Shown here in pieces: positions 51,066-64,000 of a DNA stretch of 64,000 bases. Within the stretch, counting starts at the first letter, position 1; each line of letters begins with the position of its first letter. Source of the DNA: Lytechinus pictus (lineage: Eukaryota); the NCBI RefSeq assembly GCF_037042905.1, contig NC_087246.1:6140001-6204000 (forward strand), given 5' to 3'. Below the pieces are notes generated by a model. It was given only the letters and a program-made list of their open reading frames with translations, did no database searches and was not told the origin of the DNA. The position numbers and the translations under genes were made by a program.

Positions 51066-52199
51066 TTAATAGTAAACTTTTGCCCAGAGTTTCATTCTCC
51101 TTTAACTTGATAAATATTTGTACTTAGTTGCATAGGTATTTTGAACCATCAGTGTGCTAGATATCATTAAATTTGGTTAGTATTATTCAGTGAGAGAGAG
51201 AGAGAGATAATCAGAGAAAGATAGACAAATAGAGTGAGAAATAAAGTTTAATACTTGATTTCTCCTTTTCCCTCTTTTCATAACCATGTGCCGAATATTA
51301 TTGAGGGAAATAGCTCAATGAATCGTCACTGAACTTGAACAAATATATCAAAATATAAAATATTCGTATTAAAATGGATTGTTCATGGTGCCCCCCAGGG
51401 TGGATTCCGCCAAATTAGACACAATAGCTTGAGAGGCCGACTATTGTGCGAAAACAATAAGGCCCTTGAAATGGTATTGTGTTCTACCCATAGAGGTGGA
51501 TCCACCTCAGCGGTTCAACCTGGCTAGATCCTTCACTGGAGGCCCCCACCCCAAGATTTCCTTTGATACGTTGGAATGAGAAAAGGAGACTGCTGTGTGG
51601 TTAGCAGGTGTCCCAAAAGTTTGATTTCCCAGTTCAAGATCACCGAATCGTAAACAAATCTTATATTAGGTGTTATGGGTTCATTACTATTTACCTCTCA
51701 GGGTTTTTTTTTTCATCATGACTCTTAATACGATTTTCAGAGATGGAGATAAGTAAAAGGGGAGAGCGAGAGAGAGAGAGAAAGAAATAGAAGGGAGAGA
51801 CCAAGGAGGAGAGAGAGAAATCCACATTTTTTAAGGATTATTTTCTGCTCACTTTCTCATATTTGATATTGGCTAAACAAAACTGCCTTTATAATCATCA
51901 CAGTAGATCTAAAATATCAGTTTTGAATAATTAAATGATTTGGAATAATATTGTTATAGTTATATCTAATCATTATTTGCATCAAAGGGGAAGTTCACCC
52001 CGAAGAAAAGTTTGTTTTAAAAATTTACCAGAAAAAATAGTTTAAAAAAAAACATTGGTAAAAGTTTGAGAAAAACCCATCAAAGATTAAAAAGTTTAGA
52101 GCTTGATTTTTCTTTATTTGTGAGTGAGAGTTGGGTCCCGTAACACAAAGCTTACCGATGAATAGTAAATATGAGGGAAGACTTCTCATTGGTTCTTGG

Positions 52200-53369
52200 C
52201 AGTGGCGTAACTACGGGGGGGCATGGGGGGCACGTGCCCCCCCAATCGGCTGACCAAAAAAAAAAAACGGGGAAAAGGAGAAAAAGAGGGAGAAAGGAAG
52301 AGGAACGTAGTGGCAAAAAAGAAATTATTATTCATTATAATTGTATATTGTATTATAATCATGTTATGTTATATTACATAGGAAACATTTTTATCATAAC
52401 TTTATGAAACATAATTTGCTCAGGGTCCATGTCTTCATTGTTCCCGGTGCTCGTATTGTCTGTTTAAAGAGATATAAACCTGTTGTTCGAAAACCTCCCG
52501 TTTTCAAGTCAATATATATACACCAAATATATTATTGTTTTATGTAGTGACATATGCTTCTTTTTCATGACTACTTAAAGTGATTGCCCCATGTTAAGGT
52601 CTTAATATAAAACATTTCCTCTCCGTGATTACGATCGCTTCAGTGGATTGGTGAGATATGTCTGCTCTCCATGAATTTCTAAAATCAGTGCTTGAAATGT
52701 CCCCTTTTCTGATCTGAATATCCAAAATTTTCAGCTCGCGCTTCGCGCTCGCATCATTTGGTTAGTGAAATACGTATGGTCTTAGTGAATTCCTACAAAC
52801 AAGCCTTAGACTGCCCCGCTTCAGGTCTGAATTATCTAAATTTTCAGCTCGCGCTTCGCGCTCGCAATATTTGATTAGTGAGATGCGTATGATAACATTG
52901 ACTACAAAAAGTGCTTCATGTGTTCAGATGTAATTCTAACAAAATCAGTAAGCGCTTGGCACTCGCATTACATGACTATGGTGAGATATGTATACTATTA
53001 AGAGATTCCTAAAATATAGTCCTTAAGATCTCCCTGTTTGGGATCAATATATACAAAAATTTCGGCTCGCGCTTCGCGCTCGCATTGTTTAGCAAGACAG
53101 GTACGTATCATGATTACAAAATTCGATTATAAAGTCCTTTTTTAGGTCTGAATATCAAAAATTTTCAGCTCGCGCTTCGCGCTCGCATTATTTGATTGCT
53201 GAGATGCGTATGTTATTCATGATTACAATGACTGCAAGTGCTTCCTTAAAATGTCTCTATTAGGTCAGTATACTTGACAACTTAGCGCGCTTCGCGCGAT
53301 CACTATATAAGTGACTCAAACATTTTGCTGGTGCCCCCCCCCAATGCCGTGACCCACGGTACGCCACTG
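52200..53369 (+). mobile_element. hAT-type non-autonomous element nested in a MITE (about 52133-53468)
   Basis: TIR CAGTGGCGTA/TACGCCACTG with a perfect 8-bp TSD GTTCTTGG; host TIR GGGTCCCGTAACACAAAG/CTTTGTGTTACGGAGCCC. Confidence 0.88.
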
Positions 53370-56300
53370 GTTCTTGGTCAGTAGTTTGCGCCAAATGCGC
53401 ATATAATTTTAATTTTAATTGGTCAAATCATTTTGCGATTAATCGCTAATCTTTGTGTTACGGAGCCCAATTTCCCCATATAAAAGGCGGGTGTGAAATA
53501 AATCCCCTTTAAGTCTTTTGCTTTTTCTTTTCTTGACGTTGTTGACTTACATAACTCGTTCAGGGTAATCACTACTGTGTATCTTGAGAGGGGGAAGGAG
53601 TATATACCCGGGCACCACATCTGGTTTGAAAATAAAGACGGTAAAACAAGCAAGAGCCAAAAATTTCCCGGTCATATCATGGTATGAACAGGCGTAATGG
53701 TGTGATGAGGCAACGATTTTGAGAGGGCCAGATATTGCGTATCGGGCAGAATTTATCTTTAAAAAAAAAAAGTTGTGAGCGAGCGAGCAAAATTTTTGAA
53801 ATTTTTAATACAAAAATCAAATTTTGTGATAGATTTTGACATGATATCCAGAAAATAATATATTTCACTTTTCTCTCTTTCCATTCCTTTTTTTGTGTGG
53901 TCTGTACGCCACTGTGAAAGGGATTCTTTCCGGCAGTAGCGTGAAGAGTACAAAAGAAGAGGGGCGCAGTATGGCGTATGTGCTAAAAAGCTGCTCAAAA
54001 TAAGTCCCGAGCGAGCGAAGCGAACGAGAAAAAAATCACCTCTTCATGAGAATCTAGCTTTGAGATATTTTTTGACATTATATTCAGTAAACAAAATCAT
54101 ATCCTACACTTTTCCTTTGCTTTTCTTTCCTCCTTTTTTTTTTTGTTCTTGTTTGTAGAACTTTTGGGGGCCATGGCCCAACCCTTCCATACTCATATAC
54201 GGCAGTGCTATGCGGTTGGGGTCCGGGGCGGAGCCCCCGGAACTTCTTGATATCAAAGCCATTTAAACCTCGCATATTGCCGCTATTTTAAATCAAATCG
54301 CGGGTATTATATATACAGAATATAGCTTTTACATAACACATTTATTCAAACCAGTTGCGCGTAATGAACCAAATATTTTGAGGGAGCAAAACATAGCAAT
54401 GTGGGAAAATTTGTAAAAAGTCGCCAGCGAGCAAAGCGAGCTGGGAAAAAAATGCCTATTGAAATTAAATTATAATTATGTGATAGATTTTTCCATAATA
54501 TTCAGCAAATAAAACATTTTATTGTTTCCATTCATTTCATTATACGTTGTCTCCTATAATTTCTAAGTTCCTCTGGGGTGTGGAACCAAGACTCCCCCCC
54601 CCCCCGGCGCGCCTGTACGCCAGTGATTGAACGTAAAGATTAGTGTAGGGAGGGTCCCTATAACGGGGGGGGGGGGGTGTTTAAGCCATTTGAAGGTTAT
54701 AGATGAAGAGCCCCTACTGCGCAGGGTCTGGGGCAAGCCCATATATCTTATTTGCATAAAATTTAAAAGGCTTATAGCACAATGTTGTATGCTGTCCTGC
54801 TGTCCATCTTCCTTTCCGCTTTTTTATTTTCAATCCTCGGCAGCCCGGTCGTGTTATTAAGTTATTTTTTTCTTGTCCCTTTTCTTTGTTTCCCTATTTA
54901 GTTTTTTACTAATTCCATTCTACCTTCGTTTCCCGTTATTGTTTGCCACTTTGTCATCTTTTAATTTATTTCCCATCATGCTATTGCATTACATAGGCCT
55001 ATTTCGGAATGATTTGTGCTTTCTCAAATGTTCTTCTTTCGTTCCTTTTCCCTCTTTCCTTCCTTTTCCATTAATTTTTTTTTCTCGATTTTTTCCCCTT
55101 TTCCTTTCCTCTTCCCCTTTCTTTCTCCCTCCCTTTTCTCTTTTTCCCGCTTGTTTTATTTTCCCGGTGAAATCCGCCAGGGGGGGGGGGTGGGCAGCTT
55201 GCCCCCCGCCTGTATCATGATTGAGATATTTGTTCACTCAGTAGAAAGCAAAGTTAATGTAATATTACACATGACAAAATGAAAACATAATGTATATCTT
55301 CTTTCGTATCACAGAACACATTTTTTTTTTATTAATGATCTCCTCACTGCAGTTACACACGTTGCATTTTACAGAAGTAAATAATGTAGTTTTCCTCCTC
55401 TCATTTCGTTTGTACTTTTCTCAATCAACCCATCATCCGATGTGAAACAAAATTTAGGGAATTCTATGGTAACTATGGAAACCGTTATGATGATAAACAG
55501 TAATATTCACGAGAGAAAGGATTAAACGCCATGCATCAATAATGTTCACTAAATAGAATATTCAGAAATGATATAAAAAGAATGATTTTACGAAAATAAC
55601 TAATCGTAAGATTGCGAGTTCTATACTGCCCCCCTATCGCCCTGTTATAAACAATTCTTCTCGAAGGCATAACATAATCTTTACTATATGTTTACATGAT
55701 ACAGTTTTAAAACAAAACAGGAAAGAAAAAAATCAATTCGCGCATAACATAAATAACTTGTACACACATAAAATATATATTCAGAAATAGCTTTTGCTTT
55801 TTACATATATATAAAACAATAAAAAAAAAATCACTAAGGAAAATAAATGAAAAAGAAATAAAGTTGTCAATTTCCTCAGAGAATAAAAATACAAGTAACT
55901 TTTAAAAGAGAAATAAAACAGAATTACAAAACAAAGAACCAGATTTTCAGCAAATGAAAATGATCACAAAATATAAAATATATCTATCAACTGAACCAAG
56001 AAGAAGACTAGAATGTGAACTCACAAATGTTTGATGTATCATATATGATGCTGGACGAGACATTCACTGCCAATATACACTTTTTGAAATCTCCCCAAAT
56101 AAATATTTTTTTGACTATTGCAATTTCAACGATTGGACATTCACTTAAAAAAAATACGAATTGATAAATAGAATTGCAAATATTGATTTAAATCTACGAT
56201 TGTTATAAGAGCAATAAAGAAAACGAAAATTGAACTTTGTAAAATGTAGGATGGGAGGAGACAATCTCTGGAGTCTGAAATTAATGAAATTCTTTCTTAG

Positions 56301-59300
56301 GAAGTGGTTTAAAATCTCGTAAGCCACGAGAGCGAATGTAGTAACGACATCTCTAGATATAATAACTCGACATCATATACAAATTCAAAGTCAAAATACA
56401 CAACGTAGCTGTACCTTTGCCATATTGTTCATGGTATTATTATTGTGAAGTATGTTTAGAAAAAGAACCTCTTCCGTGTTTGTGGCAAACATTGAAAAAG
56501 TGAACATAATATTACTACTACAGGTTAAAAAATTGATTCTCAAAAAATGTTTGTTTTTTCATTAATAGTAGATCAGAAGGGCGTGGTAAAACCCCGTCAT
56601 ATACGTGGTGTACCAAATTGAAAAACAGAAAAAGACTTCAAATCTTCAACAAGGAAAAAAAAACCTTCTGCCATAACCTCACGCTGTACCGTTTTCCTAA
56701 ATCAGCTAACATACTTACTTCTACACGTACGTATCTTGATACAAATCTATTTACAAGTAGCTCAACATAATATATTTGTATTATGTTTGTGATAATTTGA
56801 TGATTTACCAGAAATTTACTCCCTATTTCTAAACCTATAAAGATATATACTACAATAATTATTATTTTTTTGATAATTCATGTGATATAATTTGTACATA
56901 TCATCTTCCTACTTTAAACATATATCATGAAATGTATGAATAACATCGAAAAACACGCAATAATGTTGGTCCATTTCCCTTTATAAACACTTTATGAAAT
57001 GAACATTTTGAATAGAGATTAAATCCAAGAACAAGCCAACCAGAATAAGCACTCCAATTTCCTAAAGAAAATAATGTCATTGATCATTATTTCAATGTTC
57101 TTGAAAGACGCGAAATTGATCATTGTTCCACTATTCAATGCTCCGAGGACCAAGGTGTGGTCCCTATGTAGCAAGATTTACAATCAACAGTAACTTTAAA
57201 ACAACGATTCTGACTGGTTTATAGTGGGTATGTAGAACAATAAGCACATGTAGCAATGATTTTGATTGGACATTAACTTTTCACCATTGATTCCAAACAT
57301 TTGTGTTCCGAAGCTCTGGTCTTCAATTCAATTCACATTAATTTTCAGATGAAGGGTTGAAATGGTGTCAGTAGTTTTGGTGTCACAAAAAAAACAGCCA
57401 AGAAAAAATCAATTATCGTAGCGTCTGCCACTATACATGCGTAATGAAAGTTATTGCAGATGAGGAAAATAAGTAAAATTTAGTGAAGTCTGCAGTTTTT
57501 ATAATCTGCAATAATTCCTCCATATCCCCTCATATTGAATTGATTTGATACATGGGGTATGATAATGGAAGAAGACTGCCCCATTTGTGTTTAATTCACT
57601 GGAGCACAAATCCAACCCAATCCAAAAAAAAAATGAAAATTTGGTATAGGACCTTTTCATAAAAGCTGATATTTCGTGTCTGTAAGATAAAACACGGCTG
57701 AGAAGTTGGCTATTATATTTCTGAGTTGGAGAGACATTTCTTCGTCATTCTTGATTGGCCCTGTTATTCAGAGTATTTTCTATAAAAGGGAAATATCGTG
57801 CTAAAAACATTTTCTTTCAGAGGTATTATTTAAAAACAAACTACAATATTATAGATGTAATTCCACGGCAAAATGAAAATAAAAAGTTACATCAATAAGT
57901 ATAGTAACAATACAGAAATATAATCATGATTGTATATAAAATGACAATGTTAAATATTGATATAAGTCCCGATTATAATATAGGATTATAATGAAGTATA
58001 CCAAATTTGAAATTAATTATGATCTTCAAAGACATCTTGATATAGCCTCCTTATTTGATCACCCTATAAAACATGAAAAAGCACTCATTGTAATATTATT
58101 CAATGAATATTGCACTTCATTGCTAATTATGAATCCCAATAACAAATTAACTCTGACTATGACATCACTGTCTTTAAAACTCTGCCGAGTACATTACAAT
58201 ATTAAATAAAAGGCAATAATACGTAATATGACACATAAATACATGAATTTAAAAAATCCATAGAATATTTAAATAACGAGAGTTTGTTTAAAACTATTTA
58301 CACTGGATACATATATATTTTATGATCATAAAGTTTGTTCGTATCACTTATTTACTAATAACGCCTATAATACAACTATCCAGTCACCGCAAATAAAACA
58401 ACATTTCGACTATCATAATTTCAGAAGCACATATATCATGTTTATATACAATTATTAAAGTTCTAATTACCTCATTTTGTCTTATGAATTATCTCAAACC
58501 ATTTCACTTTTCTGTTCATTTTTCTTTTTACTTGTTGCCAAGTGCTAACAGATCGATGCATTTCAATTCGACAATCTTTATTATAATCAATCTTGCAAAT
58601 CGTTACGCAAAAAAAAAGAATACCATCGAAATAACAATTGGTAGAACATTTTAAGATGGCTTATTTGCATGATTAACATTTACTACTTTTAAACGATAAT
58701 TATCATGTTTGAATATAATACATTCGTCCTTAAATTACTTTCGCCATCTTCATTGTAATTGTGTTTGCCTATCCATTTACTTTTCTACAAGATATAATAA
58801 ATTTATCACATTTTACAGCCGCCGGAAAATTTCACATCGTCAAAGTTTTAGCTGCTATACCCACCAATAATTCCAGCTATTTATATGATAACACTCTACA
58901 GTCAAACGCAATCAATAATACATCGATATAAATTTGTAATCTCTTCGTTTTTCTGAATAATTATTTGATTATAAGCAGGAAAAAAAAACACTTATAAAAT
59001 CCATATACAATTTTAATAGTTTGATCAGACAATGTACAATGTCTTTGTATGTTACACACTAACACCGAAAACAACGAGAAATTAAAAGGAGGAAGGGTGG
59101 GGGCACGTGCTAGAAGTGAGTTATCAAAAAGGCATTCCATTACATGTGCAAACATAGTAACTCAGGTTTTAGAAAACACAAGAAACTCATTAGTATTTCC
59201 AAACTCACATTAGACAGTTCGTTAGGATGCCAAACATGCAACTATCATACAAACACCATCACGTACTTAAATGTCTATGATATTGCATGTGCACTGATAA

Positions 59301-59741
59301 TAACTCTCTTGCCCAAGATGTAACGATATAGTCCAGAAAAGTATCATCCCAAACATATGAATTTAGAGTCAAAATTTAGGATGCCGTCTTTTTGTTGTTG
59401 TTGTTGCTCGTCACGCTGATTGAAATCAAGTAGGACTGTTCTGTCATTGCATAATCTGACCCAAAGTCAAAAGTAAAATACATTTACAAGAGCTTCGATT
59501 GATGATGTAACTATATACCGCCCTTCACAAAAATGAGTCTCGTAAAGGCGAGTCATGAATTCAAAATTTGACGCCGATCCCAAATCAAATTTAAAATCAG
59601 TCGACATAAAATAGCTTCGCAAATTTAACATAGTTATATTGACGTATCACTGTCGTATGCAAATGAGTTTAAAATAATCTCCTTTCAAAATTGACAGCGA
59701 ATGTTTTAATCAGAAATCCAGCTGATGCGGTCTTTGAATTT

Positions 59742-62700
59742 TCAGTGCTTGGCGGCGTTCCCGTTCGGTATGCCTCCTTCGCTGAGGTTGTCCATATCCT
59801 TCCTACAAAGTTACCAAAATGATGCGTTACATTATGTAATATCAACAAATTATTTAGAATCAGGGGCAGTGAAACAGAATAGGGAGGGGTTTGTTATTAG
59901 AGTGCCTAAAAGAAGAGGGTGAATGAGAATAATGTAGAAATAAGAAAAAAACTTCAATTTCAAAATATCTTCTGGCATATACCATGCACTGACAGTCTTT
60001 CAGACATTACCTTCATTGTACAGTAAAAACGTTGTTTAAGATTTTATACAACGCTGTTTACTATATGAACCTAACAGTAGTTGTTTAACAGTTTAAACAA
60101 TCATGTTTAATTTATTGAATATAAGATATTGAAAATTAAACTTTGTTGTTTAAGATTTTAAACACTTGTTTAAACTGTTTAAACAATTACTGTAAGGTTC
60201 ATATAGTAAACAGCGTTGTATAAACATTTTAAACAGCGTTTTTACTGTGTGGGGAAAAAGAGCAAAGAGGATATAAATCATTTTTTGCCAATTATCTTCG
60301 CTGTCTGAAACTTGTCAAGGGGCTCTGAAACTTGTCAAGGGGCTCGAGAAACGTTGTTTTGAATAAATGGAATAAGTGACCATATATATATTCGGAAAAA
60401 ATCTCCCAATTGAAATATGAAAAAACTAAGTAACGACCCCAATGATAACCTTTCAAGCTGGTTCATTGCCATGATTGCTTACGATTCAAATTTGGACACA
60501 ACAATCAAATTCTTCCACAGATGTACTAAAATTGTATTACATTTTCATACAACTACACGGGTTTTCATCAAGCAACTCATAGGTTATACCCGCGTGATCT
60601 CTTTATTTTACTAAATACGTACACAAAGATGCCTGGAATTTCCCACTTAAATTAATGAGAATTCGACATAAAGTGACAAATATTTACTCCAGACAAGGCA
60701 ACTGAAGTTTAAAAAAAGGAAGTTAAAACATATATATATTATATTTATGACATACTTCCACCCGACAAAAACAATGTAATTAGCATATGTTGTGTTCAAT
60801 ATTAAAAAAGCATGTTTGCAGTGCTGGTGAAATGAAATACATATGTGAAGCTGAAGCTATCTATAACAAAGGAATGCTCTGAGCAAATCATAAATTTGAG
60901 GGGTAAGCCATAATGCAAAAAAATGAATTTCCCCTCAAATCATCTATTGATCAGAGCAGTCTGGTGCCACTGAAAGGTAAATTCCCTCCCAATTTCATAA
61001 TGAATAAATGGGCGACAGATCTAGAAAAAGAAATATCATTCCCCCTTGTGTCATGGCCGTTCGCATAGGGGGGGGGGGGCGGCAGAGGGGCAGTTTCCCC
61101 CACAAAAGTTTTTAAAACTTAAATAAAAGTTACTGAAAATTTTCAAAAAATTCACCAAAAACAATGCACGAAATCCTATGATTTCACTTAAAAAATGCAA
61201 TAGCGCCCCAATGACCACCTTGGCCACTTTGCTCCCTCGCTTTCGAGTTTTTTTCCGAAAAAAAGTTAACGCGTCCTGCCCCCCCCCCCACCCATCAAAC
61301 AAATTCTACGTACGGCCATGTCCCTTGTCCATGGTTATCCAGAAAATTATCCAACAAATTTTGGTCTATTCAAAATTTGCGTTCATTAATCGAAAGACAA
61401 TTAAGAGGGGTGCCTTTCAACCCCCATCTTCAAACAAAACTTACTGTAATGCAATCAATATTATGAGAAAAAAATGATGAATTAATGTCGGTGGAAGAAT
61501 GGTATAACAAAAACATGCATATAAAAATGAACACTTATTCCACAAATAGATACATGTTTTGAAGTGACAAACCAGATCAAAATGTTTTTTTTTAATATAT
61601 ACACAACAAAAAAAGTAAGTCCCCCCTTAAATAAACATCCATAATTTCCGAACCAATGCGAGTTTTTAATATATATTTTTACATGAGCGTGTAGGTAATT
61701 TTATAAGCTACCCTCTGAGTAAATGTCCTGGACGTATTTTATGTCATGCTTCAGTGAGCACCGTCAGAAGGCAAAATTGTCACTTTTCAAAAGTCACAAG
61801 CCAAATATCATGATTTTGATCCCACTTTATTGGAACGAATTCCACATTCTCATCATGAAAAATAGTCAGGTTTGCAAAAGGTACTTTCTAAAAGACGATA
61901 CAAGGTTTTTGCTAAATTTCACGGTTGAATAAACACAAGTTAGAATTTTCTATAAGTGGATTTTTTAAGACATTTCTATCGATAAAAATGATCGAATATG
62001 AAGACAATTATTTTTGGGAAAAGTATCCTCAACAGTATTCATCGTTTCACGGATCAATGAACGCAAAAAATACGAATTTCAAATATCATAGGCAAGTATT
62101 GTTTCATTTTGGTAACTGAAATGATCTTTCCTCAACTTTTTTTGTTATGTTCATGACCAATTAACATGCTTTAATGATTCAAATGCGTTTAATTAAACAT
62201 TCACGCTTGAATGAACATGTGGAATGCGATTAGTTCTTTTTTACGTGATTGGAAAAAAATGCAAGTGCTAACTATGGATATTTGTCACAAACCTCCTTGC
62301 ATCGTTCATTTGATTTGATTTTTATGAAAACCCCGATGTCTAATGCTTCAGTGAGCACACAATATAAACGAATTATGAAAATGAGAAGAAAGTTTAAGGC
62401 CTTGGCCCCACTCTGTGCCATACCGAAAGATTATTTTGGTGTGCGCGCCTTTTGGATAGTGTTAATCTAAAGCTATGTGCGAAGTTTCATGAAAAAATTG
62501 TTGGCAGAAGTAACAAAAACCGTCAATGAAACAAACCCTTAACCCTCATTTCATTTTTGTTAAAATTTTGACTTCCTCTCTCATAGACATTGTGTACACT
62601 ATTGGTGCATATGTTTAAGAATAAGTGACCCCTTATTCAATATGGTGGAACTTTTTTTCAAGGCTGTCTTTAGCAATGTCATTTGGCAGTTATGTTTATC

Positions 62701-63989
62701 AATCTATGGGCAGAATTCTGTGCAAAAATGAAATCGATATGTTTATTCATGGATGAGTGAGCATGCATCAAAGTGGGAAAGTGAATTAATTGCTGTTGTT
62801 TTTATCATCTATCAGTTTTATCACCACACACTTTCCGAACTTTTTACATTTTCATGGTTGAGCGAGCACATTCGAAAAATTGGGAATGAATACTCTTTAT
62901 ACTGCATAAATGCATCCTTTTCCTAACAATTTCTCAAGATCAGTTGAATTTATGGCAAATCAGTGGTGGATCCAGAATTTTGAAATGGGGAGGGGCCGAG
63001 TAATTGAGGGAGCCACCAGCATTTTCCAATTTTAACGTTTTAACAAGTTGTATATAGGGGATACTGCCATAAACCCCTATGATGATACGTCACAAAACAT
63101 TGTGCTCACTCAACCATAAACATACGATTTCAAAATTTTGTATGAAGTGGCTAAATGATGGATAGTAAAACAGCATTAACATCATGAAATTCACCTAAAA
63201 ACAACCTTTGCCCAACTTTGTATTTACACAATCTGAAAAACGACTCTTGTGACTTTCAAAAATTGTCATTTTTAATTCAATCTTTGATTACTCATGCATG
63301 ACCCAATCGATGAATCTCATTTTTCTCCAGGAGTTGCTTAATGAGTGTAGAAAACCACCTACGAAATTTCATATTTTAAAATTATTCCGTTCAAAAGTTA
63401 CAGCAATCTGATTTAGGGGGACTTACTTTTTTTGTTGTGTATATAATAGTTCGTTAATCATCCGGTTTTGATGTTTGATTAATTTCAATTCGTATTTTAA
63501 AATCATATCATCTATTGAAAGATTATTTCATGTAATCCCTCATTAATAAAACGTACTTTTTTAAGTCTCATAGATATGCAAGTGATATGATTCTGCTAAT
63601 CCTTTTATATCTATATTTTGTAAGTCCATGACTTTTATTTCTGAGTAGAATTATTTTCAATGAGTTCATATCTATGAATATTTACAGGATAGTAGAATAC
63701 AGAATATATTTTAAAGTTTAATTTTTACGACAGCTAGAATACTTCGGCTTCACAGTCTAATCATAAGCCTCAAACTGATAATGTAAATATATTTGTGTGC
63801 TACTCACCTTGTTTTTTCATCTGCCTCTGCCATTTTCCTTAGATTAATAAGCTCTTCGTCTGACATGAGTACAGTGGCCGTGATCGATCTCCTTGTCGTT
63901 CTCCTGCCCTTCGGTGCATCACTTTTAGGTGCCGTCAATCCAACATTTTCCTTTCGACAAAAATCATCACGTCCAGTTTTCTTAAATTC
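59742..63989 (-). CDS. Possible last two exons of an unidentified minus-strand gene (63808 to about 63989, and 59742-59802)
   Basis: Strong donor AAG|gtgagt at 63807 and acceptor ctttgtag at 59803, both in GC-richer islands. The phase-2 join reads ...MSDEELINLRKMAEADEKTRKDMDNLSEGGIPNGNAAKH*. A repeat-poor AT-rich tract (about 55.3-59.7 kb) follows, resembling a long 3'UTR. No homology recognised. Confidence 0.35.
60019..60249. mobile_element. Near-perfect palindromic MITE (EnSpm/CACTA-like termini)
   Basis: TACAGTAAAAA...TTTTTACTGTG with arms of about 100 bp, TG on both flanks. Confidence 0.75.
61052..61320. mobile_element. hAT-like MITE
   Basis: TIR CATGGCCGT/ACGGCCATG, poly-G/poly-C subtermini, imperfect cccttgt flanks. 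Confidence 0.6.
61602..63439. mobile_element. ~1.8-kb non-autonomous TIR element with TA flanks
   Basis: TA|CACAACAAAAAAAGTAAGTCCCCC...GGGGGACTTACTTTTTTTGTTGTG|TA; no coding capacity. Confidence 0.8.
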
Positions 63990-64000
63990 TCAAATCTCTT

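Noticed and set aside
53690..55220. Poly-G/poly-C tracts and pyrimidine-rich ORFs as G-quadruplex elements or genes
   Set aside because: They look like subterminal parts of fragmented hAT-like MITEs seen throughout the window; the ORFs are low-complexity.
61602..63439. Autonomous transposase within TIR elements
   Set aside because: Only short ORFs without DDE motifs; no transposase or reverse transcriptase ORF was recognised anywhere in the window.

Overview
AT-rich, repeat-dense, intron-containing animal genomic DNA. The repeat complement suggests an invertebrate deuterostome such as a sea urchin, but that is inference only. The window contains four gene regions. (1) The terminal catalytic exon of a galactose-3-O-sulfotransferase (GAL3ST family) on +. 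(2) A complete ERCC6L/PICH SNF2 DNA translocase gene on +. It has a putative non-coding first exon behind a CDE/CHR cell-cycle element and 20 phase-consistent coding exons (16044-48198, 4884 nt, about 1627 aa). (3) A 3-exon, single-domain, secreted TIMP gene (173 aa) nested antisense in the 13.5-kb ERCC6L intron. TIMPs are classically nested in synapsin introns, so this host is unexpected. (4) Weakly supported 3' exons of a minus-strand gene at the right edge. Non-coding DNA is full of non-autonomous transposons (TTAA-targeting Kolobok-like and piggyBac-like MITEs, hAT MITEs with 8-bp TSDs, DINE-1/HINE-like Helentron derivatives), tRNA-derived SINEs, and micro- and minisatellites. Several local tandem duplications overlap splice junctions. 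All exon coordinates were read by hand from GT/AG boundaries and frame continuity; no database searches were run.
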